Of a DNA stretch of 64,000 nt, positions 1-9,900 are shown in pieces. The notes under the pieces were generated by a model. The model was not told the DNA's origin and did no database searches. It saw only the letters and a list, made by a program, of their open reading frames with translations. Origin of the DNA: a virus (Duplodnaviria; Caudoviricetes); the IMG/VR virus record IMGVR_UViG_3300013426_000023, positions 1 to 64,000 of that record; one strand, given 5' to 3'. The position numbers were made by a program, and so were the translations under genes. Each line of letters opens with the position of its first letter. Position 1 is the stretch's first letter.

Positions 1-97
1 GGTAGAAGATAAATTAATGATAGATAGTTATAATCAAAAAGTAAACTTTGTAGATTTTTCTAGTTTAGAAAATATAATTGATGAAATTAAAAAATAA
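1..97 (+). CDS. 3' end of a truncated ORF (non-phage, Firmicutes-like segment)
   Basis: Open frame 2..97 (VEDKLMIDSYNQKVNFVDFSSLENIIDEIKK*) ending in TAA, runs off the window start. Confidence 0.45.
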   Translation, partial: VEDKLMIDSYNQKVNFVDFSSLENIIDEIKK

Positions 98-118
98 TTT
101 ACTATTTAGGTGAAAGAT

Positions 119-1084
119 ATGCAAAAAAGAAAACTGATTTTTATAATTGTATTGCTAGTGTGTGTAAGTACTATATTAGGAGTTTTATATTTTAATAAAG
201 TTTATAAATCTTCTTATGTTTTGAATATACCATCAGAAGGTAATGTTTATAACATAAGTTTAGAACAAAGTGGGAAAAGAACCCAGGTAAATGAACAAGA
301 TAAAATAAATGATATTATAAATATTGTTGGTGGAGTAAAAAGAACAACAACTAATGAAAGCGTACAAGATAGTCCTATAAATGTAGAAAATGAAATAAAA
401 ATAGATTTTGAGTATGATGAAAACAAAACTTCGACATTATTTGTTTATAAGAAAAAAGATAACTTTTGGGATGATGCAAATCCAGAAGGTATAAATAAGG
501 TTATATTAAGTAAGAGAGATATATATTTAGACCTTAGTAATCCTGTTGATTATATTAAGTATAAAATACTTCTCGCTAATAAAAACTTAGTAGCCCCATC
601 AATGCAAGCATATGAAGATATGCCTAAAGCTACTTATAAATATGTGTTACTTGAAGAAGATGCAGAAGTTAAGCAAGCTAATACAAGAACATCAATTAAA
701 ATGGAATGTTATAAAGAGTTTGGTAAGATAGAGGATGATGTAGATACTATGAGATTTATCATAGAGGTTATGGAAAAGAGACCTTATGCATCAGATACTA
801 AAATTGAATTTCTTAAATCTAAGATTGATGAACTTATTACAACTAATGCAAAAATGTTCTTAACTATTGCAAAAGATGAAATGCTTCCTACAAAGATTCT
901 TATCAAGAAATCTGTAGAGAATGGAGTTATAGTAATGAGAGGTAATCAATATTATTTAAGAGATGGAAGTCTTCCTTTATGTGGTAATAATGAAGAACCT
1001 ACACTTAATATAGCAGCAAGATTCCTTAACTTACCTAAGAATCAAAGCATCAAGTTAATGCTTGAAGCTAAACTAACAGATTAA
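119..1084 (+). CDS. Chimeric ORF: N-terminal DUF5301-like Firmicutes membrane protein joined at ~443-462 to the C-terminal part of the conserved crAss protein encoded downstream of the major capsid gene
   Basis: AGGTGA SD at 108-113 before ATG 119; TM helix plus ESVQDSP..IKIDF..LFVYKK (DUF5301-like); then NFWDD..LDLSNPVDYIKYKILLAN typical of the crAss gene. Confidence 0.7.
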   Translation: MQKRKLIFIIVLLVCVSTILGVLYFNKVYKSSYVLNIPSEGNVYNISLEQSGKRTQVNEQDKINDIINIVGGVKRTTTNESVQDSPINVENEIKIDFEYDENKTSTLFVYKKKDNFWDDANPEGINKVILSKRDIYLDLSNPVDYIKYKILLANKNLVAPSMQAYEDMPKATYKYVLLEEDAEVKQANTRTSIKMECYKEFGKIEDDVDTMRFIIEVMEKRPYASDTKIEFLKSKIDELITTNAKMFLTIAKDEMLPTKILIKKSVENGVIVMRGNQYYLRDGSLPLCGNNEEPTLNIAARFLNLPKNQSIKLMLEAKLTD

Positions 1085-1088
1085 TAAC

Positions 1089-1111
1089 TATGTCATATAT
1101 TATATGACATA
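1089..1111. repeat. Perfect inverted repeat TATGTCATATA-T-TATATGACATA
   Basis: 11-bp arms, 1-nt spacer, intergenic. Confidence 0.85.
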
Positions 1112-1126
1112 TAAACTATATAGTAT

Positions 1127-2113
1127 ATGATAGATAAAAATATTTTATCACAAGAATTTGCTGACCAATTTGATGTGTTATATAACAATGTAACCTCAAA
1201 TCAAGCTCCAGGATTAAATGCTTATGAAAAGAGTATATTTCTAACTAAAGCACAAGATGATATAATTAAATCTTATTTTAATCCAAAGGAAAATAAAACA
1301 TTTGAAGGTTTTGATGGTAGTGAGAAAAGACAGATAGATTTCTCAATGTTGATTAGAACAAAGAAATTAAGTATAGGTTATAATCTTAAAGATGGTAAAA
1401 TAGATTATACTTCTCCTGAAGATAAATATATACCATATCTTGATAATCATAATAATTCAATAAGAATTAATATTGAAGATGTTATCACTACAACACATAA
1501 AATAAAAAAAGAAATACCTCTTTATAAGAAAAATATAGATAAAGATGGTAATATAACATACGAGGAGTATGGCTCTACCTTACAGGAGTTAGATTCTGTA
1601 ACTTTAAAAGAACCTATTATGTTTATTATTAATGAATTTGTTGATGTAAGTAGACATCATATAATAGAAGATTCTAAGACAGATAAATTAAAAGGTGATG
1701 TAAGATGTTCTGTAATACCACTTACATATGATGAATATGCAAAGATGATGTCAAAACCTTATAAGAGACCAGCTCAATATCAAACATGGAGATTAATAGT
1801 AGATGCTGATGAATGTTTTGAATTAATTCCTGCAACATCTACTGATAAGATTATAGATTATTTCATTAGATACGTAAAGAGACCTAATCCTATAATACTT
1901 GAAGATATTAAGGATGATAATGTAACTATTAATGGTGTTAGTGAACAAACAACTTGTGAATTAGACCCAATATTATATCCAGAGATTATACAAAGAGCTG
2001 TAGAACTTGCAAAAGCTCATTATCAAGGTGACTTAGCTACTATAATACAAGTAGGAGCTAATAGTGGCACAGACAAAGGTTATATAGCACAACAACAAAA
2101 TAGACAACAATGA
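1127..2113 (+). CDS. crAss-like tail ring/neck structural protein
   Basis: FDVLYNNVTSNQAPGLNAYEKSIFLTKAQ, RYVKRPNPIIL, EIIQRAVELA motifs; synteny. Confidence 0.75.
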   Translation: MIDKNILSQEFADQFDVLYNNVTSNQAPGLNAYEKSIFLTKAQDDIIKSYFNPKENKTFEGFDGSEKRQIDFSMLIRTKKLSIGYNLKDGKIDYTSPEDKYIPYLDNHNNSIRINIEDVITTTHKIKKEIPLYKKNIDKDGNITYEEYGSTLQELDSVTLKEPIMFIINEFVDVSRHHIIEDSKTDKLKGDVRCSVIPLTYDEYAKMMSKPYKRPAQYQTWRLIVDADECFELIPATSTDKIIDYFIRYVKRPNPIILEDIKDDNVTINGVSEQTTCELDPILYPEIIQRAVELAKAHYQGDLATIIQVGANSGTDKGYIAQQQNRQQ

Positions 2114-2838
2114 ATGTAATAACTTTAAGCAATAACTTTGATACACTTATACAAGCTTATGCAATAAGTAAGAATAATATACTTAACTTTGATGAATATG
2201 AGAAATCAGTATTTCTTACTAAAGCTCAGAATGAAATCATAAGGTCTTTATATAATGGTGTTAATCCAAGAGGTGAATCTTTTGAATCTATTGAAGAGTT
2301 TAGAAGATATTTAGAACCATTAATTGTTGATAAAAATGTTAATGTTAATAATACAGATACTGATTCAAGTAATATTAATATTAATAAATATAAAACATTT
2401 AACTTATCAAATAACTTTAAAGACTTAAAAATTATAGGTATAGTCTTTGAAGAAGCTAAATTAATAAGTAATGATAATGAATGTATTAATAATAAGATAG
2501 TATCTGTTGTTCCTGTAAGGCATGATGAAATAACAAGAATAACAGCTAACCCATTTAGAGGACCTAATGAAAATAGAGTGTTAAGAGTAGATTATGGTAC
2601 TAATCAAGTACAACTGTTATCAAAATATGATATAGAATATTATCATGTAAGATATATAAAAGAACCTGTTCCTATAGTACTTGTAGACTTAGACACTGGT
2701 CTTAGTGTCAATGAAAGAACTAATATAACAGGTAATGAAGAGCTTCTATTTAGTGATAGAATATATGATATGATATTGGATAGAGCAGTACAAATGGCTG
2801 TTCAAAGTAGAATAAAAAGTAATAATAACGCACAATAG
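2110..2838 (+). CDS. crAss-like tail ring protein (paralog of upstream gene)
   Basis: YEKSVFLTKAQ, NPFRGP, RYIKEPVPIVL, ILDRAV shared with the 1127 gene; ATGA overlap. Confidence 0.75.
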   Translation: MNVITLSNNFDTLIQAYAISKNNILNFDEYEKSVFLTKAQNEIIRSLYNGVNPRGESFESIEEFRRYLEPLIVDKNVNVNNTDTDSSNININKYKTFNLSNNFKDLKIIGIVFEEAKLISNDNECINNKIVSVVPVRHDEITRITANPFRGPNENRVLRVDYGTNQVQLLSKYDIEYYHVRYIKEPVPIVLVDLDTGLSVNERTNITGNEELLFSDRIYDMILDRAVQMAVQSRIKSNNNAQ

Positions 2839-2867
2839 TGCATATGTTTAATTAAATATTTAAAATT

Positions 2868-3908
2868 ATGTTTATTGGTTCAGAAAATCAGTTTAGACAT
2901 TTATTTGTAGTAAAAAGTGTAGAAAATACTATTGATGATACAAAGAATGTAGGTAGTATCAAACCAGTACTTACCAAGGATGGCAAGGCTTTTTATTTTG
3001 AGTATAAGGACAATGATAATGTTCTTAGAAGTGACATTATAGAACTTGATAAGGTAATGTTTGCATTACATGTTAAGGCTAAATCAATGCAGAGAGTTGC
3101 AAAATCTGTAGATATTACTATTCCTGATGCACCTGTAGTAGGTCAAGATTATGTAATTCATATACAAGTACAGAATTATATTGGTCTTGGTGATGATTTA
3201 ATTCATACTAAGTTTGGTGCTGCTCATGCAGTAAAGGGTATGACTTCATCTGATTTATATAAGGAACTTGCTCTCAGTATGGCTAGAAACTTTAAGAATG
3301 AGGCACAGCAACTTGTAAAGATTAGACTTATTAAGGCTGATGGAGTAGTTGATGTAGATGCTAATACAAAGGCTACTAGTCTTACAGAGGATTATACAGG
3401 TATCAATATCACAGAAGCAAGACAACCTTGGAGACTTGGTGTATATCCAGAAGAGCCTGTTTATTTCTCTGTTATACCATCACAAATAATGGTTGATGGT
3501 GAATACGTAGATTTTGCTAAGATTACAAAAGCTACAGATGATAATAGAAAGGGTGCTGTTTATGGTAATGGTAGACATATGGCAGACCTTGAGTGGTTTT
3601 ATCATGGTAATAGAGGAGACTTCTATAGAGAAAGAACTTATCCAGATAATTTCCCATTCACTCCTATTGTAGATAAGGATGCTGAATATGATTCTCTTGA
3701 GATTCATTATTATTGGCATAATGATGGTATCAATGTAGGTAGAAGTGAGAGAACAATAACTCTCATTGGTACAGACCTTACTAATTTATTAGATAAATTT
3801 GGTACTGGTAAGACTATTCCACTGACAATAAAGGAAGAAGAGGAAATTGACCCTGCTACAAGTGGTATTGTAGGTCAGCATGATACTACAAATGCTATAG
3901 ATTATTAA
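2868..3908 (+). CDS. Probable auxiliary capsid (abundant virion) protein
   Basis: NQFRHLFV N-terminus, GNGRHMADLEWFYHGNRGD motif; AAG-rich codon usage and own terminator suggest high expression; synteny. Confidence 0.6.
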   Translation: MFIGSENQFRHLFVVKSVENTIDDTKNVGSIKPVLTKDGKAFYFEYKDNDNVLRSDIIELDKVMFALHVKAKSMQRVAKSVDITIPDAPVVGQDYVIHIQVQNYIGLGDDLIHTKFGAAHAVKGMTSSDLYKELALSMARNFKNEAQQLVKIRLIKADGVVDVDANTKATSLTEDYTGINITEARQPWRLGVYPEEPVYFSVIPSQIMVDGEYVDFAKITKATDDNRKGAVYGNGRHMADLEWFYHGNRGDFYRERTYPDNFPFTPIVDKDAEYDSLEIHYYWHNDGINVGRSERTITLIGTDLTNLLDKFGTGKTIPLTIKEEEEIDPATSGIVGQHDTTNAIDY

Positions 3909-3934
3909 TAAAGTCTCAAATGACTTTTTACTAT

Positions 3935-3964
3935 AAGGGAGACTAATTAAGTCTCCCTTTTTTA
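3935..3964 (+). terminator. Rho-independent terminator
   Basis: AAGGGAGACT-AATTA-AGTCTCCCTT followed by T-run. Confidence 0.85.
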
Positions 3965-3983
3965 TTAACTAAAATTTTTGTTT

Positions 3984-4652
3984 ATGATAAGGTTTAATGA
4001 ACTAAGAATAACTCCAAATGGAAAGACATTAATTGTTGATGCACAAATAGAAGAAACAAAGCAATTTAATGATGTTTCAATAAAGGAGATATATATCTTT
4101 AATCAAGATAATTATACTACATTTTGTAAAGATGAAAAGAAGTTTCTCTATCATAAAGTTACAGACGATGTATTAAATGAAGTTCTTTCAAAAGATACTG
4201 ATACTCCTGTAGAGGATAAGATGGATGGCAGTACTATATATGTCAATGATGGTAAACCAAAAAGAGTTAGACTTGAATTATGTCCAAAAGATTTATTATT
4301 AGATAATTCTCAACTTACAACATTTGATGGTCAAATGTTATTTGTATATGTAATATCAGAAGGTACACCAGAAGAAGGTACATTATGTAGTGAGACAAAT
4401 AATATATTAAAAGGTACTGTTGTTAATCTAAAACCTATATATGATTACATAATGTCTGGTATAAGAGAAATAGAACAAGATTGTAGTGTACCTCAAAATT
4501 ATATGAATCTATTGTTACAGTTTCAAGCTGTAAACTATTCTATAAAAACAGGTAATTATCCACTTGCAATAAAGTACTGGAAAAGATTTTTCACTGAAGA
4601 TAAAACAATGATAATCAATAATAATAATTGTGGTTGCCATGGAAGAAATTGA
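3984..4652 (+). CDS. Structural protein, probable tail hub
   Basis: MIRFNELRITPNGKTLIVD start, CGC C-terminus typical of this crAss gene; ATG 3984 preferred over TTG 3978. Confidence 0.55.
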   Translation: MIRFNELRITPNGKTLIVDAQIEETKQFNDVSIKEIYIFNQDNYTTFCKDEKKFLYHKVTDDVLNEVLSKDTDTPVEDKMDGSTIYVNDGKPKRVRLELCPKDLLLDNSQLTTFDGQMLFVYVISEGTPEEGTLCSETNNILKGTVVNLKPIYDYIMSGIREIEQDCSVPQNYMNLLLQFQAVNYSIKTGNYPLAIKYWKRFFTEDKTMIINNNNCGCHGRN

Positions 4653-4977
4653 TACTGTTATAATAAATGGACTTGATAGATATTTCAATACATTATGTAA
4701 TGTAGGTTATGTAAATGATGATAAAGTAAACAGATTGCTATTATTGATATTTATAAATGAGATGCTTAGTGGAGATTTCAGTCATTATATAACAGATGAT
4801 GATTATCAATCAATATTAAATGTATTATATTGTCTTGGTAATTGTATGATTGATATGCCATCTTTTAAAGTATTTAATGATAGTATATATAATGTAAATA
4901 ATAATGAAAATCTATCACTTAGATATGATGATTCACTTATAAGAAGTACAGAGAGTTATATTATAAGAAAGGTATAA
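4639..4977 (+). CDS. Structural protein, probable tail hub partner
   Basis: YFNTLCNVGY..LLLLIFI; overlaps upstream gene; ATG 4639. Confidence 0.55.
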   Translation: MEEIDTVIINGLDRYFNTLCNVGYVNDDKVNRLLLLIFINEMLSGDFSHYITDDDYQSILNVLYCLGNCMIDMPSFKVFNDSIYNVNNNENLSLRYDDSLIRSTESYIIRKV

Positions 4978-4997
4978 TATATAAAGTTAATTAAGAC

Positions 4998-5030
4998 CTT
5001 GGTGTATATGATAATAAATGTTATCTTTGC
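4998..5030 (+). promoter_or_regulatory. Bacteroidota sigma-type promoter (-7 TAnnTTTG)
   Basis: TATCTTTG at 5022-5029 with CTTG about 20 bp upstream; intergenic. Confidence 0.65.
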
Positions 5031-5060
5031 ATCAAGGTTTAATTATTTAAATAATACAAA

Positions 5061-5795
5061 ATGACTTACAGAGAATTAGTATATATAGTTCTTGATAGAA
5101 TTAAAGGACTATCAGATGATTTTAGTTATACTGAGGAACATGTTATATTCATAGCTAATAAGTATAGAAGCTATTTATTGAAGAATACTTATAAAGATGT
5201 GAAAAAAACAATACCTCAAAGTAACTATCAGACAATATGTCTTGACTTAGAACAAACAAATGTGATTGATGGAAAACCTTGTAGTGGAGATTTATATCTT
5301 AGAAGTAAAGATGAAATACCTAATTTAATTGAAGATATTGGAGCTACAGTATATCCTACAGATTATTTTCAAGGTATTAATATAATTTATACTACAAGAG
5401 ATAGACTTAGATATGTTGGTGAGAATAGATTTATGAAGAATCTTATTTATGCTGCTATAGGAACAGATAAACATCTTTATTTTAAATCAAACAATCCACA
5501 GCATTTACAATTATGTAAAGTGAGAATGTCTGGAGTATTTGAAGATGCAGAGGAAGCAAATAGAATGTCATGTGATGAAAATGGTAATAAATGTAATGTA
5601 CTTGACATGAATTTTCCATTGGAAAGTGATATGACTATGCAACTATGTGATGCTATAGTACAAGTATTACTTAATGCAAAGGTACAACCACAAGATGCAA
5701 TAAACAATGCAAATGATGATATGGCAGCTATAATGAATTACTTGAGAAATAATGTAAAGAGTTCTTTACAGAAACAAATTGATGGTGACCAATGA
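5061..5795 (+). CDS. crAss-like tail ring protein
   Basis: SDDFSYTEEHV..QTICLDLE..FPLE..DAINNAND motifs; synteny. Confidence 0.65.
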   Translation: MTYRELVYIVLDRIKGLSDDFSYTEEHVIFIANKYRSYLLKNTYKDVKKTIPQSNYQTICLDLEQTNVIDGKPCSGDLYLRSKDEIPNLIEDIGATVYPTDYFQGINIIYTTRDRLRYVGENRFMKNLIYAAIGTDKHLYFKSNNPQHLQLCKVRMSGVFEDAEEANRMSCDENGNKCNVLDMNFPLESDMTMQLCDAIVQVLLNAKVQPQDAINNANDDMAAIMNYLRNNVKSSLQKQIDGDQ

Positions 5796-6289
5796 AACAT
5801 AAGATTACTAACTCCATAGGAGTATATGATATTTATAAAATGCTAAGAAAACATAAATGGCTTAACATAGGAAAACCTATGAGTGAACATGATTTTTATG
5901 CTATTATAAGAAATGTAAATAATTCAATATCTGATAAATTATCTTGTGGTCATAAAGTAACTCTTCCATATCAAATGGGAGTACTGGAGCTTGTTAAGAC
6001 CAAACCAAGAATAGAAATAAAAGATAATAAGATAGTAACAAATCTTCCTGTTAATTGGAAAGAAACATTAAAATTATGGAGAGAAGATGAGGAATCTAAG
6101 AAAAATAAAGTACTTATAAGACATGAATGTAAGTTTATATATAGATTACATTACAGTAAATTGTTATGTAAATATATAAACAAAATATTCTATAAATTTC
6201 AATTTAATAGATTCCTAAAGAAAGACTTAGGAAAAGAAATTAACAATAATAATAAAATAGATGCTATATTAATAAATTATGATAAATGA
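5792..6289 (+). CDS. HU/IHF-like DNA-binding protein
   Basis: Basic protein with GHKVTLPYQMGVLEL (IHF/HU-like), located before the tail tube gene as in crAss phages. Confidence 0.65.
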   Translation: MKHKITNSIGVYDIYKMLRKHKWLNIGKPMSEHDFYAIIRNVNNSISDKLSCGHKVTLPYQMGVLELVKTKPRIEIKDNKIVTNLPVNWKETLKLWREDEESKKNKVLIRHECKFIYRLHYSKLLCKYINKIFYKFQFNRFLKKDLGKEINNNNKIDAILINYDK

Positions 6290-6962
6290 AAATATAAATT
6301 TTATATCAATAAAAGAAGTATTGTCAAGATTACTTAGACATCCATTACTTAGTGATGTAAATTTAGAGCAAGCAATCAGTTATACATTGGACTTTATTGC
6401 CATATTTGGTTTTAATAAGTTTTATACACAAAAAGAAACTATACTTAATGTAAAGGAATTTAGAGCATTACTTCCTTGTGACTTGATAAGAATAAATCAA
6501 ATAGAAGATTGTAATACTCACTTATGTCTAAGAGTTATGTCAGAAACATTTAATCCTACAAAGGAAGCTACTGAACCTGCATATAAGACACAAGGAAGAG
6601 TATTATATACAACTATAAAAAATGGTAGTATAAAGATGTCTTATATGTCAATTCCTGTTGATGAGAATGGTTATCCAATGTTGATAGATAATCCAATATA
6701 TCTAAAAACATTAGAGTTATATATAAAGAAAGAAGTATTTACTGTGTTATTTGACTTAGGTAAGATTAACATGAATGTACTTAACAATGCACAACAACAA
6801 TATAGTTGGTCAGCAGGACAACTTCAATCAGAATTTACAATACCTTCAATTGCTGAAATGGAAGAAATAAAAAATATGTGGACATCAATGGTTCAATATA
6901 ATAATTATCATCTTAGAGATTATAAAGGTATGGGAAATATTGAACATTTAAAAGGTAAATAA
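6279..6962 (+). CDS. Tail tubular/ring protein (P22 gp4-like)
   Basis: RALLPCDL, IPVDENGYP, QQQYSWSAGQ motifs; immediately precedes muzzle gene. Confidence 0.7.
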   Translation: MINENINFISIKEVLSRLLRHPLLSDVNLEQAISYTLDFIAIFGFNKFYTQKETILNVKEFRALLPCDLIRINQIEDCNTHLCLRVMSETFNPTKEATEPAYKTQGRVLYTTIKNGSIKMSYMSIPVDENGYPMLIDNPIYLKTLELYIKKEVFTVLFDLGKINMNVLNNAQQQYSWSAGQLQSEFTIPSIAEMEEIKNMWTSMVQYNNYHLRDYKGMGNIEHLKGK

Positions 6963-6964
6963 AT

Positions 6965-9900
6965 ATGGGAATGAAGAAAAGTTCATGGCAAATAAAAGGT
7001 ATGACAAGAGATACTGCAATATCAAAGTTCAACTCAGAGTTTGCCTATGAGAATATGAATATAAGAATATCTGCTACTGATGATAATACATCATTTGTAA
7101 TTACAAATGAAAAAGGTACATTGGAAATGCAGATTACTGACAATGTAGATAGAGGTACATATATAGGTAATATTGTACTTGGTAAATATCTTGTAATATT
7201 GTCAACAATAACAGATAATAATATAAAGAAAGATTATATTACAAGATATACAATAGAAAATAATAATATTACAGACATTAAATATATAATTGGTAATTTT
7301 AACTTTAAAATTGGTTCAAAGATTGATTCATTAATATTTTATGAGAATGAAAATATTCAAAAAATATATTGGACAGATGAAGTTAATCAACCAAGATTAT
7401 TAAATATATCAGATTGGTATTTTGAAAATTATGTAGATAAAGAACATAAATTAATAAATACTGATTCATCAATTAACTTTGTAAAGGATGTTAATATTGA
7501 TAACTTAAAAATAAATATTAATAGAACAATATCTGCAAGTGGTAATTTTCCTTCTGGTACTATTCAATACGTATTTACATATATTATGAATTATGGACAG
7601 GAAAGTAACATAATATATCAGTCACCTTTGTTCTATATATCAAAACAAGATAGAGGAGGTAAAGAAGATGAAAAGAATAATGTAGCTTTTAATTTTGATA
7701 TATCTGGATTAGATACTTCTTATGATAAGTTAAGAATTTACTCAATATTAAGAACATCTGAAAATGGAACTCCAACTTGTAAGAGAATTACTGATATATT
7801 GATAAAATCAGATGCTATAAGTAAGTCACAATCATTAGAATTTATAGAGGGAGAGAATCTAAACACAACAGAATTACATAAGGCAAGTTATTCTAATTTT
7901 AGTTTTGAATATTATGATGATAATACTGGAATAACACATAAATTTGACAATTTATCTTCATTACCAAGTGATTTAGATGAATATAAAGTGCAAAAGGAGA
8001 ATGAAAATGAAGATTATGATGTCTATTCATTACCCCTTACAGGAAGTACAGATGCTTATATAAGCATGAAACTTAACAACATAAATATATCAACAAATCC
8101 ATTAGTAGATGATTTTGATGAAAGAAAAATATTAATAAATACAAATGCTGCATTAGAAGGTTCTGCATTATATTTAAAATTCTCAAAAGAAAATAATAAT
8201 AATTATATCGAATGGAGATTATCAAAAAGTACTGATAGAACAAGTGATGAAAGTTTTGATTACAATAATGACAAAGATATATTGATGAAAGCAAGAGTTG
8301 AATATTATAAATTAAAGGATAATAATATTACTACTTTTGTTGATACAGGTACAATAGGTGATAATATAGATAGTACTGAACTTTTATATGTAGGTGGTGA
8401 GAGTGTTATTGCAAGAACTCTTCAACAAAAAGACAATGTATTATTCTTAGGTAATTATAAAGTTGAAACTCCTATTATTTATAACAAATATAAGAAAGGA
8501 GATTTTGATTCTTTCTATGAAAATATAAAATCAAATAGAAATTCATTAATTAGTTTTTCTTATAGTGATGAACTGAAATCTTATTTTAAAGATAAATATC
8601 ATATTGATAATACATTAACTACATTACAGGTATCAGACTTATATCCTTATAAAAATACCTTAGATAAAAATTCAAATGAAATAAAACATTTCAAATATCT
8701 TGAGACATATAGATTTGGTATTCAATTTCAATATAAAAATGGTAAATGGACAGACCCTATATGGGTAGGAGATGCAAAGAATAATCTTAGACCTATAATA
8801 GATTCAAGTAATAATAATAAAGACTTGAATGAAGGTGAAACAATAAAATTTGCATATGCAGTACTTAACTTAAGAAAGATACTTAAGAGTAATTACTTAC
8901 AAATGTTCAAAGATAAAGGTTTTATTGCTATAAGACCTGTAATAGTATATCCAGAGTTGAAAGATAGAAATTGTATATGTCAAGGTATTTTATGTCCTAC
9001 AGTATATAATGTTGAAGACAGAGTAAATAATACAGCATTTGTGCAAAGTTCTTGGTTTATAAGACCTATGCTACCATATAGTTTATATAATATAGACCAT
9101 ATGAATGTAAATAGTAGTATATTTGTTGATGATAATAACAATAAGTACTCTTATAAAGCAATAAACCAGATAAATAATAGTCCTATGGCTGATGTTGATA
9201 TGTCAAGATTTGGTGTATGGACTGAATTTAGACATAATTATCCTATTCCTAATAGTTCTCTTACTAATGCTGAGATACAATGTCAATTTTGTTTTCCTAC
9301 TGATAAAAGTGCTACAAATGTAATTACAAGTCTTGATACAAATCCAGATAATTTTGCAAACGATTACAAAGAATTATTCTTTATTGATAATTCAATAATT
9401 ACAATGCATTCTCCAGATTTAGAGTTTGATGATTCATTACAACATTTTGATACTTCAAATATAAAACTTAGAATAGTAGGTGCTGTTCCTTTAACTGCAT
9501 TTTATGGTCATTTGGACTTACAAACATCCACTAATCAATTACAATTTAAGAGTGAGACAGGTGATGAAGAACAAAAAAGAGTAGGAGGACTATCATATGG
9601 TAAATATGATGAGAATCAATATGTCTTTAATGACAAATATGAAAGTATGTTTGGTGGTAGAAAAAAGATGGCAGGAATATATTGGATAGATGATGCTTAT
9701 GGATATGAAGATAATGTAAGAAATTATGAAGATTCAACTAAGGATTCAGCTGAGTTTGGATTTGTGGTATATCCTTGGCATAGAAATGGTTCTCTTAATA
9801 ATCAAAGAACTGCAAATTCAAATGGATATAGAAGTGCAATGTTGAAGAAGAAAAAATTATCAAATATTAATTATTCCTATAATACTTATTATCTTGATTC

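Noticed and set aside
1-470. Prophage attachment site at the left junction
   Set aside because: Junction interrupts a conserved virion gene, the flank looks like a different phylum from the likely host, and no integrase is visible
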